Assembly (NCBI RefSeq): GCF_000143415.4
Contig: NW_003314291.1
Span: forward strand, 42,733 to 106,732
From: Selaginella moellendorffii
Lineage: Eukaryota; Plantae; Lycopodiophyta
Length of the DNA stretch: 64,000 bases
Direction: 5' to 3'
Numbering within the stretch: the stretch's first letter is position 1; each line of letters begins with the position of its first letter. The notes under the pieces were generated by a model, which did no database searches, had not been told where the DNA came from, and worked only from the letters and a program-made list of their open reading frames with translations. The position numbers and the translations under genes are program-made. This document shows positions 34,740-46,091 of the stretch, piece after piece.

Positions 34740-37027
34740 ATGGGCAGCAAGCAGCAGCAGCAAAACCCCCAGCTCTTCCAGCGATTGGGGAATTACAATC
34801 CCCACTCCTCGCTCGCCACCGCGGCTTCTTTCAGCTCGCCCAACAAGAAATGGATGCTCAACGCCAAGAACGATGTGGTGGAAGTGGCGCCGGACCATCT
34901 CCACCACGGCTATGGAGACCAATCGCAGTTCCAGGCGATCAATCTCTCCGCCCAGCAACAGGGATTCGTGGGCGAATGTGGGCGAGGAGGAGGAGGGGGA
35001 GGATCTGGAGGATCAGTGTTGATGCGCTACAACTCGGCTCCCAGCTGCCTCTTCTCCGATCTCGACCAGATTGCTAGATCTCTCAACGAGGCCGCCGCCG
35101 CCAGCGCCGCCGCCGCCCCTAGCGCCGCCAATGCGCCGCTCTTCTCCCCCGACGTCCTCCCGCCGCTACCGTCCGCCATGGCCGCGACGAGCAAGAAAAA
35201 GATTGGCAGCCCCACGCACAGCTCCAGCCGCTACTCCGCCCAGAGCTCCACCTCCCTGGGCATGGATTTCAGCGTCATGGATCACCACCACCACCACCAT
35301 CGCCAGCAGCAGAACGGATTCACGGGCTTGCTCACGGGAACTTCTTCCAGCACTGCCGCCGCCATCGCCAAGAACACCACGGCGACGCCATCGCCATCAC
35401 CACCACCAGCCAATTTGACGCGGCAGAGCAGCTCCCCCGCGAGCTTGCTGTCGCGGCTGGAGATCGATCGCCAGGGGCTGCAGCATGGTAGCAGCGAGGA
35501 GGACAGCCCGCTAGAGATGCGATCGCCCATCACCGATCAAGAGATGATGGTGGCCAGCGTCTCGGGTGCCATGGATTTGGGGGCGGTCTCTTCCGTGGAT
35601 TGCGGCTTCTGGGATGGCAGCTCCGCGGCGGCAATGGCTGTCCATCCCGCCGCCGCTCACCATGCCGCCGCCGCCGCCGCCGCCGCGGCGCAGCAGCAAC
35701 TCCATGGCTCGGTGTTCATGGGGAATGGGAATTTGGATCAAGGCGGGCGAAAGAGAATCCGGGACGTGGACATGGACATGTTGGACGCGGCGTTGGATCA
35801 CAGCAGTAGTAGCGGCGGTGGTGGCGGAGGTGGTGGCGGTGGCGGCGGCGGAGGTCATGTAAGTTCTTCAAAGTTACCTCTTTCTTCTTTGTTCTTGGAG
35901 TGGTTCTCTATAGCTTTGCTAGAATTCCTTCTTTCTTTCTCGCTAGCGTCCTTGATCGATTCGATCGGATCGATCGACGTCCATTTTTTTTTTCTTCTTT
36001 CTTCTTCTGATGGAACTTTCATTGCTTGTTTGTTTTCTAGTCCGCTGCATGCTTGATGAAACGGGCTTGCTACTGCAAGCAAGCTCGCGGGGACTGATTG
36101 ATGAAGAGAGTCGGGTTAAAAGGTTGGTTGGATCTTTCTCTCCACTTTTTTCTCCCATTTTTCCGAGACTATCTAAGTTGCTGTTTTGGTAATCTTTGTT
36201 TTTGTTCCTCATGGAAGTTTGGATTCTAACGAGCTTTGTCTCTCTCCTTTTGTTTTCCAGCAGCAGCAGCAGCAGCAGCAGCATCACACATTGACACGAC
36301 ACTTGAGCTTGCCGATCTCGACGGGGCGATCGAGTGGCGGATTGCTAGCGGCGGAGAACTTGCTCCAGGATTCGGTGCCTTGCCGGCTTCGAGCAAAGCG
36401 AGGGTGTGCTACTCATCCACGAAGCATTGCCGAGCGTGTAAGTTGTCACACTATACTCTCTCTCTCCTCTCTCTCTCTCTTCAATCGCATCGATCGCTTT
36501 TAAGTTCTCCCAAGTTTCCGAGGGATCTTCGCATGCTTTTCGATCGATCGAATAGTTTTCCCGTATAGAACTTTACTTCCAGTCAAGTCTGTTTGATCGA
36601 CTCGAGTTCTTTCAGGTCCGCCGGACGAGGATTAGCGAACGCATGCGAAGGTTGCAAGAGCTAGTCCCAAACATGGACAAGGTAACTTCCTCTCTTCGAT
36701 CTCGATCTAGTCGTTGCTAGATCTTTTCATTCGCATCTTTGCTTTGATTTCCACGGGAGTTCTTCTATACTTTGGCTAAAGTTTCTAACAGTCTTTGGCT
36801 GTGATCCAGCAAACCAACACCTCGGACATGCTAGACGAGGCGGTGGAGTACATGAAGTTCCTCCAAAAGCAAGTAGACGTGAGTATATCCTCCTCTTCAC
36901 ACACATTGTTTAGTCTCATCGATTTTCCTCGTCCCAGGACCTCCAAGAGTGCCGCGAGAAGTGCCAGGGACTTTGCAAGATGAGCCAGCAACAAGGCAAA
37001 ACCGCTAGCAATGGATCGCAACATTAA
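34740..37027 (+). CDS. bHLH transcription factor, subfamily IX (FBH/AKS-like), multi-exon
   Basis: [59 protein letters not shown]; RxxS motifs MRYNSAP, RQSSSP and RHLSLP. Confidence 0.93.
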
Positions 37028-37594
37028 CTCCGAAGAAATCTCCTCCCGTGCGCGAAAGAGGGGAAAAAAATCGAAACTTTCCTCGCTGATCGCGTGAACT
37101 CGCTGGAAAGAATTGGAACAAAGTGAAGAACGAGAAGAAGAAGAAGAAATCTGTAAGTTCGTTCCAACAGTGTAACATATATCCATCCTCTTTGGCGAGC
37201 GTTGACCAATAAAAGATTCCTTCCGTGGGCCAGGTACCCCTCCCGGGCGTTGACCATCGCCCATCCCGCGTTGACCGGGATCCGACGGCTGAGCTCAGTC
37301 CGGCCTCCTTCCTAGACCGCGGAGGACCACGTCTTTGATCCTTCCTTGTCCGCGCATTGTTTCTACCGCGAATAAATGCAAAGGAAGATCTTTTCTAGCC
37401 TAGGGCTCTTGGAGCGAAGAATGCGCGTTCTTTCTTCCAATTGGGGCAAGGATTTCCTCGCCACAGGTTCGTAGAATTCACGGCTGTAGATCATAGATAG
37501 ATCGACGCGCAGCGCCTGGGCAATGATCAATCAAGCGATTGATCGATAGTTTGGGGGGGAATTTCTAGATCCAAGAATCCATTCCAGCGCAGCC

Positions 37595-38599
37595 ATGAAC
37601 GATCTGATGAGCCGCTCCTTCTCGGGGCCGCGGAGCTACGTGGATTTGCGGCACGACCGCGACCTGGAAGCCGGCGGCGAGACGGAGATGACAGTGGTGG
37701 ACTCAGAGAGAAATCTGGCGCTCTTCCTCGAGGAGGCCAACGAGATCCAGGCCAAGATGAAGAGCGTGGAGGGATTGCTCGCGCGCCTCCAGCAGGCCAA
37801 CGAGGAGAGCAAGAGCATCCACAAGGCGCAGGCCGTCAAGGCGATCCGGCAGCGCATGGACAAGGACGTGGAGCAGGTCCTCAAGCTCGCCAAGTCGATT
37901 AAAGCCCAGCTCGAGGAGCTCGACAAGGCCAACGCCGCCAACCGCAAGATCGCTGGATTTGGAGCCGGCACTCCCACCGATCGAACGAGAACCTCCCTGA
38001 CCGCGAGCATGAGGAAGAAGCTCAAGGACATCATGGGCGATTTCCAGGAGCTCCGACAGAGGATGAAGGGCGAGTACCGCGAGGCGATCGGTCGGCGCTA
38101 CTTCACGGTCACTGGCACCGATCCGGACGAGGAGACGCTGGAGACGATGATCGAGACCGGCGAGAGCGAGACGTTCCTCCAGAGGGCGATCCAGGAGCAG
38201 GGGCGCGGCCAGGTGATGGAGACGATCCGGGAAATCCAGGAGCGGCACGATGCCGTGCGAGAGATCGAGAAGAACTTGCTGGAACTCCACCAGATCTTTC
38301 TCGACATGGCGGTGCTGGTTGAGGCGCAGGGCGAGCAGCTCAACAGCATCGAGGATCAAGTCCACCGAGCTTCTTCGTTCGTGGCGAGAGGCACCACGAA
38401 TCTCCAAGTCGCGAAGAAGCACCAGAGGAGCGCCAGGAAGTGGACTTGCATCGGGATCATCATCTTGATCATCGTGGTCATCGTGATCCTGGTACCCATC
38501 CTGGTTAGAGCCAGGAACAACAGCTCCTCGCCGTCACCATCGCCGAATCCAGTGACACCATCGCCGCCACCACCGGTGGCGCCGCCGCCGCCAACTTAG
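37595..38599 (+). CDS. Qa-SNARE syntaxin, SYP12 group (intronless)
   Basis: MNDLMS start; DRTRTS; FLQRAIQEQGRG; LELHQIFLDMAVLVEAQG; TM helix followed by Pro-rich tail. Confidence 0.93.
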   Translation: MNDLMSRSFSGPRSYVDLRHDRDLEAGGETEMTVVDSERNLALFLEEANEIQAKMKSVEGLLARLQQANEESKSIHKAQAVKAIRQRMDKDVEQVLKLAKSIKAQLEELDKANAANRKIAGFGAGTPTDRTRTSLTASMRKKLKDIMGDFQELRQRMKGEYREAIGRRYFTVTGTDPDEETLETMIETGESETFLQRAIQEQGRGQVMETIREIQERHDAVREIEKNLLELHQIFLDMAVLVEAQGEQLNSIEDQVHRASSFVARGTTNLQVAKKHQRSARKWTCIGIIILIIVVIVILVPILVRARNNSSSPSPSPNPVTPSPPPPVAPPPPT

Positions 38600-38911
38600 C
38601 TTGCTCGATCTGGTGTAAAAAAAAAACTCTTTTCCGTTAAAGTTTTGATTTTGGATGCTTACCAGATGAGTTTTTGTTCGATCGATTCCATCCAAGATAA
38701 CAATTTCTCTTTCCAGCAAAGTGCTAAAGTTTCGATTTGCCCCACTCTCTCGTAAAGTGTTAACTTTGCTTGAAAGCCTTCCCATCGCCGCAAAGCTTCA
38801 CTCGATCGATCAAACTGTTTCAAAGTGTGAGAGAGAATGGCTAGAAAAGTTTTAGATCACGATGGCCGTACCTTTTCTCTTTTCTCGCTTTCTCTTTCCT
38901 TGTAAAGTCTT

Positions 38912-39464
38912 TCACGAGTTTGGAACGTGAAAGCCGATAACTCCCCGCTTCTCTCCCGTGCCGAGGCAGCGCGAGCAATGCGCAAGCCCGGATCCCCGGC
39001 ATTCTTCACACCTACGAAAGAAGGAAGAAGAAAAGAGAGAAAGAGAGAGAAGATCAAACCATGATCGTGATGATCCAGCGGAGAACAAACCATTGCGGCC
39101 AAGCTCCATCGGGTAGCATGACGTGTTCTATACAATTGGTCCGACCTGGACGCATTGCGCTATCGTCAAACAAAAAAATTAAAACTTCCTCTTTCGTGTC
39201 GCGAGATTCTTCTCTCATTTTTTTCTCTCGATCGTGAGCCTGTACCTCGTCCAGCGCATCTCCAGCATTTGACCCTGCGATGGCCACCGCAAACCTCGCA
39301 GCAGGGCTGAGGAATCGGTCGCGGCTGCCGCTTGACATTGGCCTGCGAAGAAAGCGAGAGATTATCGCAAGAATGCGCGAGCGCGCTACCTCCGTCTTGA
39401 CGATTAGCACGCGCTTGGGCAATGGCACCCACGGATTGCCCATCACCGTCCAGTCCCCAGCCAT
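38912..39464 (-). CDS. DnaJ-like zinc-finger (CxxCxGxG) protein, 4 exons
   Basis: CEVCGG, CWRCAGRG, CEECRGSG and CSRCLGTG joined through canonical introns. Confidence 0.8.
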
Positions 39465-39552
39465 CGAATCTTGCCCAAATGAAGAACCCTAAATCTTAAT
39501 CTTTTGGGCTTACTTTAGCCCTTAATTAGTCTTTCCTTTTACCCTTAAAGCT

Positions 39553-41589
39553 TTACAAAGCTTCCATCAATATAACACACCATTGCTTCTCCTTCTCTCC
39601 TTCGCAAGCCTCGAAAACCTTGGCTATGGTGGTGCCAAGCTTCGCGTCTCTCAATCCCTGGAGAAGCATCCTTCTCGCAAATCTAATGGCCTCTTCCACA
39701 CGCCCGTTCTGCGAAAGCGCGCTCACGATCACGCTCCAGGACACAGCGTTCTTCACCGCGATCTTGTCGAAAGCCTCTCTCGCCTCCGCGCAGCAGCCAC
39801 AGCTCCCATACATCTGGACAAGCGAGTTCCCGACGATGACGTTCGTATCGAGCTTCTTCTCCACGGCCTGGACGTGGATTTCTTTCCCCCGATCCAAGTC
39901 CCGGATGTTCGAGCAGGCCGCTAGAACAGCGACGTAAGTCACCTCGTTGGCTCTCGTCCCTGTCTCCTCCATCTTCCGGAACAGATCGATCGCCTCTCGA
40001 GCGCTGTCGTTGCGAGCACACGCCGTGATCATCGTCGTCCATGTCACGACGTTCTTCCTCCGGATCCCCTCGAAAACTCTCCTGGCATCGCCCAAGCTTC
40101 CACACCTCCCGTAAGAAGTGATGAGCGAGGTTGCGACGTCGGCGGAGCTGCTGCTGTATCCCAGATAGTAAGCCCGCCGGTCGAGCGAATTCACCTCCGG
40201 GAGGCTCGAGCAGGCACCGAGAGCCGCGGCTAGAGCGACGTGATCCGGCTTGATACCTTCCAAGTCCATTCTCCGGAAGATCACCAGTGCCTGCTTGAGC
40301 TGGCCGTGCCGAGAGAACGCCGAGAGCATGCTCGTCCAGAAGAGAAGACTATCGGATGGAACTCTTTCGAAGACGGCCTTTGCGCTGTCGAGACTTCCAC
40401 ACTTGCTATACATGTTGATCAGCCCGGCCCCGATGCTTTCGCTGGATTCAAGCCCGCTCACGACGACGTGACCATGGATCTCTCGTCCGTCTTCGAGCAA
40501 ACCAGCCTTGGCACACGCAGCTAGAGCCGAAACATACGTGATCTCGGTCCTCTCCACGCCTACAAACTCCATCTTCCAGTAGAGCTCGAGCGCCTTCTTC
40601 GTGTAGCCGTTCTGGGAGTAAGCCGCCACCATCGAGTTCCACACCGCAGGGCTGCGGTGTTTCATCGAGTTGAAGACCCGCCTCGCGTCTTCCACACTTC
40701 CACACTGCCCATACATGCTGATGAGCGAAGTTCCCACGGCGTTTAGATCCAGCCCGAGCTCCTGGAGCTTCTCGTGGAGATTCTTCCCTTCTTCCAGCCC
40801 CTGGATCTTGGAGCAAGCACCGAAGATGGTGGCGAAAGTGATCCTGTCGCCCTCGAGACCCTGCTCGAGCATCTCCACGTAGAGCTCCACTGCCTGCTTG
40901 AGATGCCCGAGCTGGGCATAAGCTCCGATGATGGAGTTCCATGAAACCACGTCCCTCTTCTCCATGGTGTCAAACACCCAGCGCGCGTACTGGATGTTGC
41001 CACACTTGCCGTAGAGCGCGATGAGAGAGTTCTCGATCTTGGCGTTGAGCTCTAGATCCAGCTCCAGCACCGCGGAGTGGAGCTTCTCCCCTTCGGCCAG
41101 AGATTTCACCGCGCAGCACGCTCGCAGCAAGCTTATTATCGTCACTTCGTCCGGCTTGGTCCCTTCCAGCTGCATCCACCGGAAGATCCCCAGCGCCTGC
41201 CAGGAATCCCCATTCTCTACGTAGGCTGCGATCATGATGCTCCACGAGTAGAGATTTTTCTCGAGGATTCTGTCGAACACCGCGCGAGCGTCGTCCAAAT
41301 GCCCGCATTTGCCATACATCTGGACTGTAAGATTTCCCAGAAACGTGCCCTGGTCCTGCTCCCTCTCCCGGAGCTGGGAGTGGATGCGCTTACCTTGCGC
41401 GAGGTTCCTCGTCCGGCTGCATTGCCGGAGAAGCTCCGAGTAGCGCGCGATCTCGATCTCGCCGAATTCCACATCCTCCGAGGCGGGAAGCGCAATCTCA
41501 TGCTGATGCTGCTGCGCACGAATCGAATCGTAGAGGAATCCCCGGCGCTTGCCCTGGAAAAAACCGGCATTGGGCACGAAATACGCCAT
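39553..41589 (-). CDS. PLS-class PPR protein (no E/DYW)
   Basis: Regular P-L-S motifs; intronless. Confidence 0.9.
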   Translation of the reverse strand: MAYFVPNAGFFQGKRRGFLYDSIRAQQHQHEIALPASEDVEFGEIEIARYSELLRQCSRTRNLAQGKRIHSQLREREQDQGTFLGNLTVQMYGKCGHLDDARAVFDRILEKNLYSWSIMIAAYVENGDSWQALGIFRWMQLEGTKPDEVTIISLLRACCAVKSLAEGEKLHSAVLELDLELNAKIENSLIALYGKCGNIQYARWVFDTMEKRDVVSWNSIIGAYAQLGHLKQAVELYVEMLEQGLEGDRITFATIFGACSKIQGLEEGKNLHEKLQELGLDLNAVGTSLISMYGQCGSVEDARRVFNSMKHRSPAVWNSMVAAYSQNGYTKKALELYWKMEFVGVERTEITYVSALAACAKAGLLEDGREIHGHVVVSGLESSESIGAGLINMYSKCGSLDSAKAVFERVPSDSLLFWTSMLSAFSRHGQLKQALVIFRRMDLEGIKPDHVALAAALGACSSLPEVNSLDRRAYYLGYSSSSADVATSLITSYGRCGSLGDARRVFEGIRRKNVVTWTTMITACARNDSAREAIDLFRKMEETGTRANEVTYVAVLAACSNIRDLDRGKEIHVQAVEKKLDTNVIVGNSLVQMYGSCGCCAEAREAFDKIAVKNAVSWSVIVSALSQNGRVEEAIRFARRMLLQGLRDAKLGTTIAKVFEACEGEKEKQWCVILMEAL

Positions 41590-41699
41590 AGCCGGGAAGA
41601 ACCCTAAAAAATCCGTTAAGTAAAGACGTCAACTTTACCCTAAACCGGCAGTAGAATTGGATAGCCTGAAGATCTTCGCCCCAGCGGCTGCTCCCTCTC

Positions 41700-42110
41700 A
41701 CCAATGCCTTCCTCTTCCATCAGGGAGAGTGCACAGGGGTTTAGTAGCTCTCTCTTCCATGGCGCGCGTCGGCTCCGCGGTCCTGGAGCCAGAGGAAATC
41801 GGTGGCCTAGACGACGGCGATGATCTTCGCAGAAATCGTCGTCCTGGATCACCAGTTTCGAGCCCATGTCAAATACTGCGAGAATTAGGCCCGATAGAAT
41901 CACAAGATCCAGCTCGTTTTCCATGGCAGGGAGATCACAGGGAGCTCCACGAAGTGGACGCGTGCCAAGGTCTGGCTGATCTGCGATGTTTCTATGGTGA
42001 CTGGTGTTCTTAGCAGCAGATCGTTTAATCGTTGTTCTTGCCGCCTGAGTCAGTTGGTTTTCTCTTGCCAGTGGAAGGAGGGACAACTTGACTACACAAG
42101 CCACGAAGAA
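41700..42110 (+). pseudogene. Deletion-riddled copy of the ERG2/sigma-1-like gene
   Basis: Colinear blocks matching 48630-49360, e.g. CGGCTCCGCGGTCCTGGAGCCAG and GGTTTTCTCTTGCCAGTGGAAGGAGGGACAACTTGACTACAC. Confidence 0.85.
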
Positions 42111-42493
42111 TGTGGGGTAGAAATACTGAATGTTTTGGTACGCAGCTTAAGCATATAGGATATAATTCTCATATCAAGCAACAAGCTGTGAGTCCTGGCA
42201 GAGCAGCTTTCAGGCCTAAGGTCCTAGGTCTACGTGCACTGTGTGTTCCAGTGTGGAACTGACCTTAGTACGGAAAGAGCAAAGTTAATTTGCAGGCGGA
42301 ACAGAAACGCAACGCCTCGGGAGGCTCGTAGGCCAATGGAGGCGAATCGTAGATAGGAGACTTGAGAGTTGCATAGAGTTTGACAAATTGGAAAACTTCC
42401 CCAAAAGGAAAAAGATTATACTAAACGAATTGAAGGTTTGTATCTACAAAAACAGCAACAAAGCTCTTAGGTGTTTATGCGCGATGAGGAGAT

Positions 42494-43671
42494 ATGAACA
42501 AAGCTGTCAGTGCGGTCAATCTCATGCCAGCAAGAGATGCTGTCGCGTCGACTGTGCTGCTGCGAGGATTTGTGGAGCTCAACGTGATCAGCGAAGCGGA
42601 GGGCGTCTTCCAGGCGGTGCCGGATAAAGACATCCATGCACACACAGTTCTTGTCATGGCTTCTGCTGAGGTGGGATCGGCTACTAGCTTGCAAATGGAG
42701 GAGGCCAGCAAGGCGGTTCTCATGGAAAAGGAATCCTATAGCGTGGAATGCGTTGATTTAGCAAATGCTAGGCAAGGGGATCTGCAGTATGCGCTGAAGC
42801 TGTTCGAGTCTATGCAGCTCTATGGCGTAAATCCAGATGGTGCCACCATGGTATGTCTTCTGCAGGCTTGCAGCCACAGACTTGATGTGCAAACAGGGCG
42901 TGAAGTCTTCAGAAGAAGTTCGGACTGTGCCATTCCAGCAGAAATACTGCTGCATGGTTGATTTGCTCGCAAGAGCTGGCCATCTGGATGACGCCGAGGA
43001 ATTGGTTTGTGCAATGCCTTTTTATTCCCTCTGCTGCAGAATGGAACGCTCTTCTAGGGGCATGCAGAAGCCAGGGCGATGGAAACGTACGCAGAGCAGA
43101 AAGAGTAGCGAAGAAAGCAATGGAGTTAAACAACGAGGCTTCCTACGTCCTTATGGGAAACATCTACTCGGGCAGCAAGAATGACCAGGTAGATATTGAT
43201 ATGGCTCTGGAATCTCTTAGGGAGAAAATGAGAGAACAAGGTCTAACGAGAAAGCCTGCAATAACCGTCGTCACTGTCGGGAAGGAAACTCATAGGCTTA
43301 TGATGGACGACAAGAGTCACCCCAATATCCAAGAAATTAGCGCAGAATTGGCAACGTTAACCAGACTACTTAAAAATGAAGGGTATGTTCCCAGAATTGA
43401 TCTTGTATTCAGTGGGAAGGAAGAGGTTCTGGCGGAAATGGCTCTGGCCAAGCACAGCGAGAAACTGGCTTTAGCCTGTGGTATCCTTTACTCCAAGGAA
43501 GCAGCAGGGGCGCACATCAGGATTAAAAACAACCTTCGGATGTGTGCAGATTGCCATCAGATGATGTGTCTTGCTAGCAAGATTTATGATGGCAGGAAAA
43601 TTACTGTGAAGGATGCTAGCCGAGTCCATTGTTTTGAACAAGGCGTTTGTTCCTGCGAGAACAACTGGTGA
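42494..43671 (+). pseudogene. Frameshifted PPR-E-DYW paralog of 43796-46051
   Basis: Two non-compensating frameshifts (~42940 and ~43020); E+/DYW part is open, with HSEKLA, CADCH and ending CSCENNW. Confidence 0.8.
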
Positions 43672-43795
43672 ATCGACAAGAGAGTAAAAAAAAGAGGAAA
43701 ACAAAATATAAAGAAAAGAAAAATAATGTTTTTTTACTTCTAATATAACAAAAAACGAATTTATTTTTGTGTTCCTAATACGATTCTATTGGGGC

Positions 43796-46051
43796 ATGTC
43801 TCATCGTGTGGTCTCAGAGACTATCGTCCCTTTCGGTAAGCACAAAGGTAAGTCGCTCATAGATGTTGAGGAGAAGTATCTTGAATGGATGGCACAAGCA
43901 TTTCCACCGACTTCCAAATGGGGGAAACTTGCAAAGCTGGCCCTAGATCATCATCGTCAAACTTCTTCAAGCAATAAACTAGGAGATGTGGTCCTCCATT
44001 TTGGGAAGCACAAAGGGAAGGCACTGAAAGAGGTTCCCAAGTCGTACTTAAGTTGGATGGCTGTCAAGATGGCTGGTGAGAATGTGGGCGTTACGGCGCA
44101 AAGATTTCTTGATGGATGCAACATGAACATCATCCCTGATTTGGCTCCAGATGAGAGACAACAAATGTTCCGTTCTACTGGTTTGATCCAGAAGATGGGG
44201 TCTACTGGTGAAGTGAAACAAGCCAAAGCTTTGTTTGATGATATGCCTCAGACAGATGCAGCAGCCTGGAATGCCATGATCACTTGTTATGGCCAGAATG
44301 GATACATTGCAGAAGCAAAGGAGTGTTTTGATGCAATGCCCTGTGACAAAACCAAGTTTTCATGGTTTGCACTATTTGGGGCTTATTATCGCAAAGATTT
44401 GGTGGAGGAAGCAACTGAACTGTTTCACCAGATGCCACGGAGAGACCAAATGGTATGGATCACTCTGCTTCGGCTTCATTCACAGAAGCTTGACATGTTG
44501 AAAAAGATCTTCCAGATGATGCCGTTTCACGATTTAACGTCGTCTACTTTGATTCTGAGCACTTATTCCAGCCACGAATACTATGAAGAAGCTAAAAATT
44601 TGTTCGACAAAATGCCAGAAAGAGATTCGGTATCTTGGAATGCAATGCTTGCAGCATATGCCAATTCAGGGCATGGTTCTGAAGCACATGAGCTGTTCAA
44701 ACTGGCCCCGCACTGGAACAGAAGCATTTGCCTTTCTATAATAAAGGTCTACGCAGAAGACTACATGCTTCAAAATGCAGAGAGCTTGTTCCACTCAATG
44801 CTGCAGCGCGACATAGTCTCATGGACCAAGTTCATGGATGTTTGTGCTCGATGTGGTGATATGGAGAAAGCAAATGAAGTCTTCAGATTAATGCCTGCCA
44901 CAGACATTGTAGCATGGACAGTGATGCTGGGAGGTTATGCCGGACGGAACATGCTGAATGAAGCAAAGCTAATCTTTGACGAAATGCCTGAGAGGGACAC
45001 GCATGCCTATACTATATTCCTCATGGCCTGTGCTGAAGAAAGTGGGAATGTGAAGGAGAAGGATATGGAAGCCTTCATGGATATGGCTGAAGCGGATACA
45101 GTTGCGTGGAATTCTCTGCTTGCAGCAAATGCCAGGGATGGCCAGTTGCAACATGTAGCGAAGGTGTTCGAGTCAATGCAGTTACAGGGCGCAAGTGCAG
45201 ACAGTATTTCCTTTGTGTGCATCCTACAAGCTTGTAGTCACAATGCCAAGGTGCAATTGGGACGCGATTTCTTCAGAAGTATGGGTTTGGATTACAGCAT
45301 TGGAGCGGAAAGGAAACACTATTGCTGCATGGTTGACTTGCTTGCCAGATCTGGGCATTTGGACGATGCAGAAGAATTGATATCCAGCATGCCTTTTCAT
45401 CCTTCGGCTGCGGAATGGAATGCTCTTCTAGGTGCATGCAGGAACCAGAAGAAAGAAGGCTCAGGTCGAGCGGAAAGAGCAGCAAAACATCTAATGGAGC
45501 TCAGAAATGAGGCATCTTATGTGCTCTTAGGCAATGTCTATGCAAATAGGCATGTTGACTTGGATGACTGCAATTCCCACCCAGTCGACGTAGACATGGC
45601 TCTTGAGTCTTTGAGGGAGAGCATGAGACAACGGGGTTTTAGGAGGAAACCAGGGATAAGTACCGTCAACTTTGGTAAAGGGACATACACTTTTGTGGTT
45701 GGTGATAATCACCCTGAGATTAATGCAGAGCTTGAAAGGTTGACCGGGCTGTTAAGAGCAGCGGGTTATAAGCTAAAGACTGAAGTTTCGTTTTATGGTG
45801 GTGATCAGAAAGAGAAAGAAGAGCTCCTTTGTCGACATAGTGAAAAACTAGCACTTGCCTTTGGGCTGCTGTCCACTCAAGAAGGGGGGGATGAAATTAT
45901 ACGGATAACAAAGAACTTGAGAATGTGTTATGACTGCCATGATGCTACTAGGGTGATATCTGGATTGGTGAAAAGAAAGATCGTTGTAAAAGATGCTAAT
46001 AGGTTGCATAGATTTGAGAATGGCATGTGCTCCTGTGGTGATTTTTGGTAA
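43796..46051 (+). CDS. PPR-E-DYW C-to-U RNA editing factor with duplicated N-terminal FGKHKG domain
   Basis: S-type PPR repeats, RKPGIS PG-box, HSEKLA...CYDCH deaminase motif, ends CSCGDFW. Confidence 0.92.
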   Translation: MSHRVVSETIVPFGKHKGKSLIDVEEKYLEWMAQAFPPTSKWGKLAKLALDHHRQTSSSNKLGDVVLHFGKHKGKALKEVPKSYLSWMAVKMAGENVGVTAQRFLDGCNMNIIPDLAPDERQQMFRSTGLIQKMGSTGEVKQAKALFDDMPQTDAAAWNAMITCYGQNGYIAEAKECFDAMPCDKTKFSWFALFGAYYRKDLVEEATELFHQMPRRDQMVWITLLRLHSQKLDMLKKIFQMMPFHDLTSSTLILSTYSSHEYYEEAKNLFDKMPERDSVSWNAMLAAYANSGHGSEAHELFKLAPHWNRSICLSIIKVYAEDYMLQNAESLFHSMLQRDIVSWTKFMDVCARCGDMEKANEVFRLMPATDIVAWTVMLGGYAGRNMLNEAKLIFDEMPERDTHAYTIFLMACAEESGNVKEKDMEAFMDMAEADTVAWNSLLAANARDGQLQHVAKVFESMQLQGASADSISFVCILQACSHNAKVQLGRDFFRSMGLDYSIGAERKHYCCMVDLLARSGHLDDAEELISSMPFHPSAAEWNALLGACRNQKKEGSGRAERAAKHLMELRNEASYVLLGNVYANRHVDLDDCNSHPVDVDMALESLRESMRQRGFRRKPGISTVNFGKGTYTFVVGDNHPEINAELERLTGLLRAAGYKLKTEVSFYGGDQKEKEELLCRHSEKLALAFGLLSTQEGGDEIIRITKNLRMCYDCHDATRVISGLVKRKIVVKDANRLHRFENGMCSCGDFW

Positions 46052-46091
46052 CTTGAGAGTACAAGATTAAAGGCCAGAAGGAATTCAGTAC

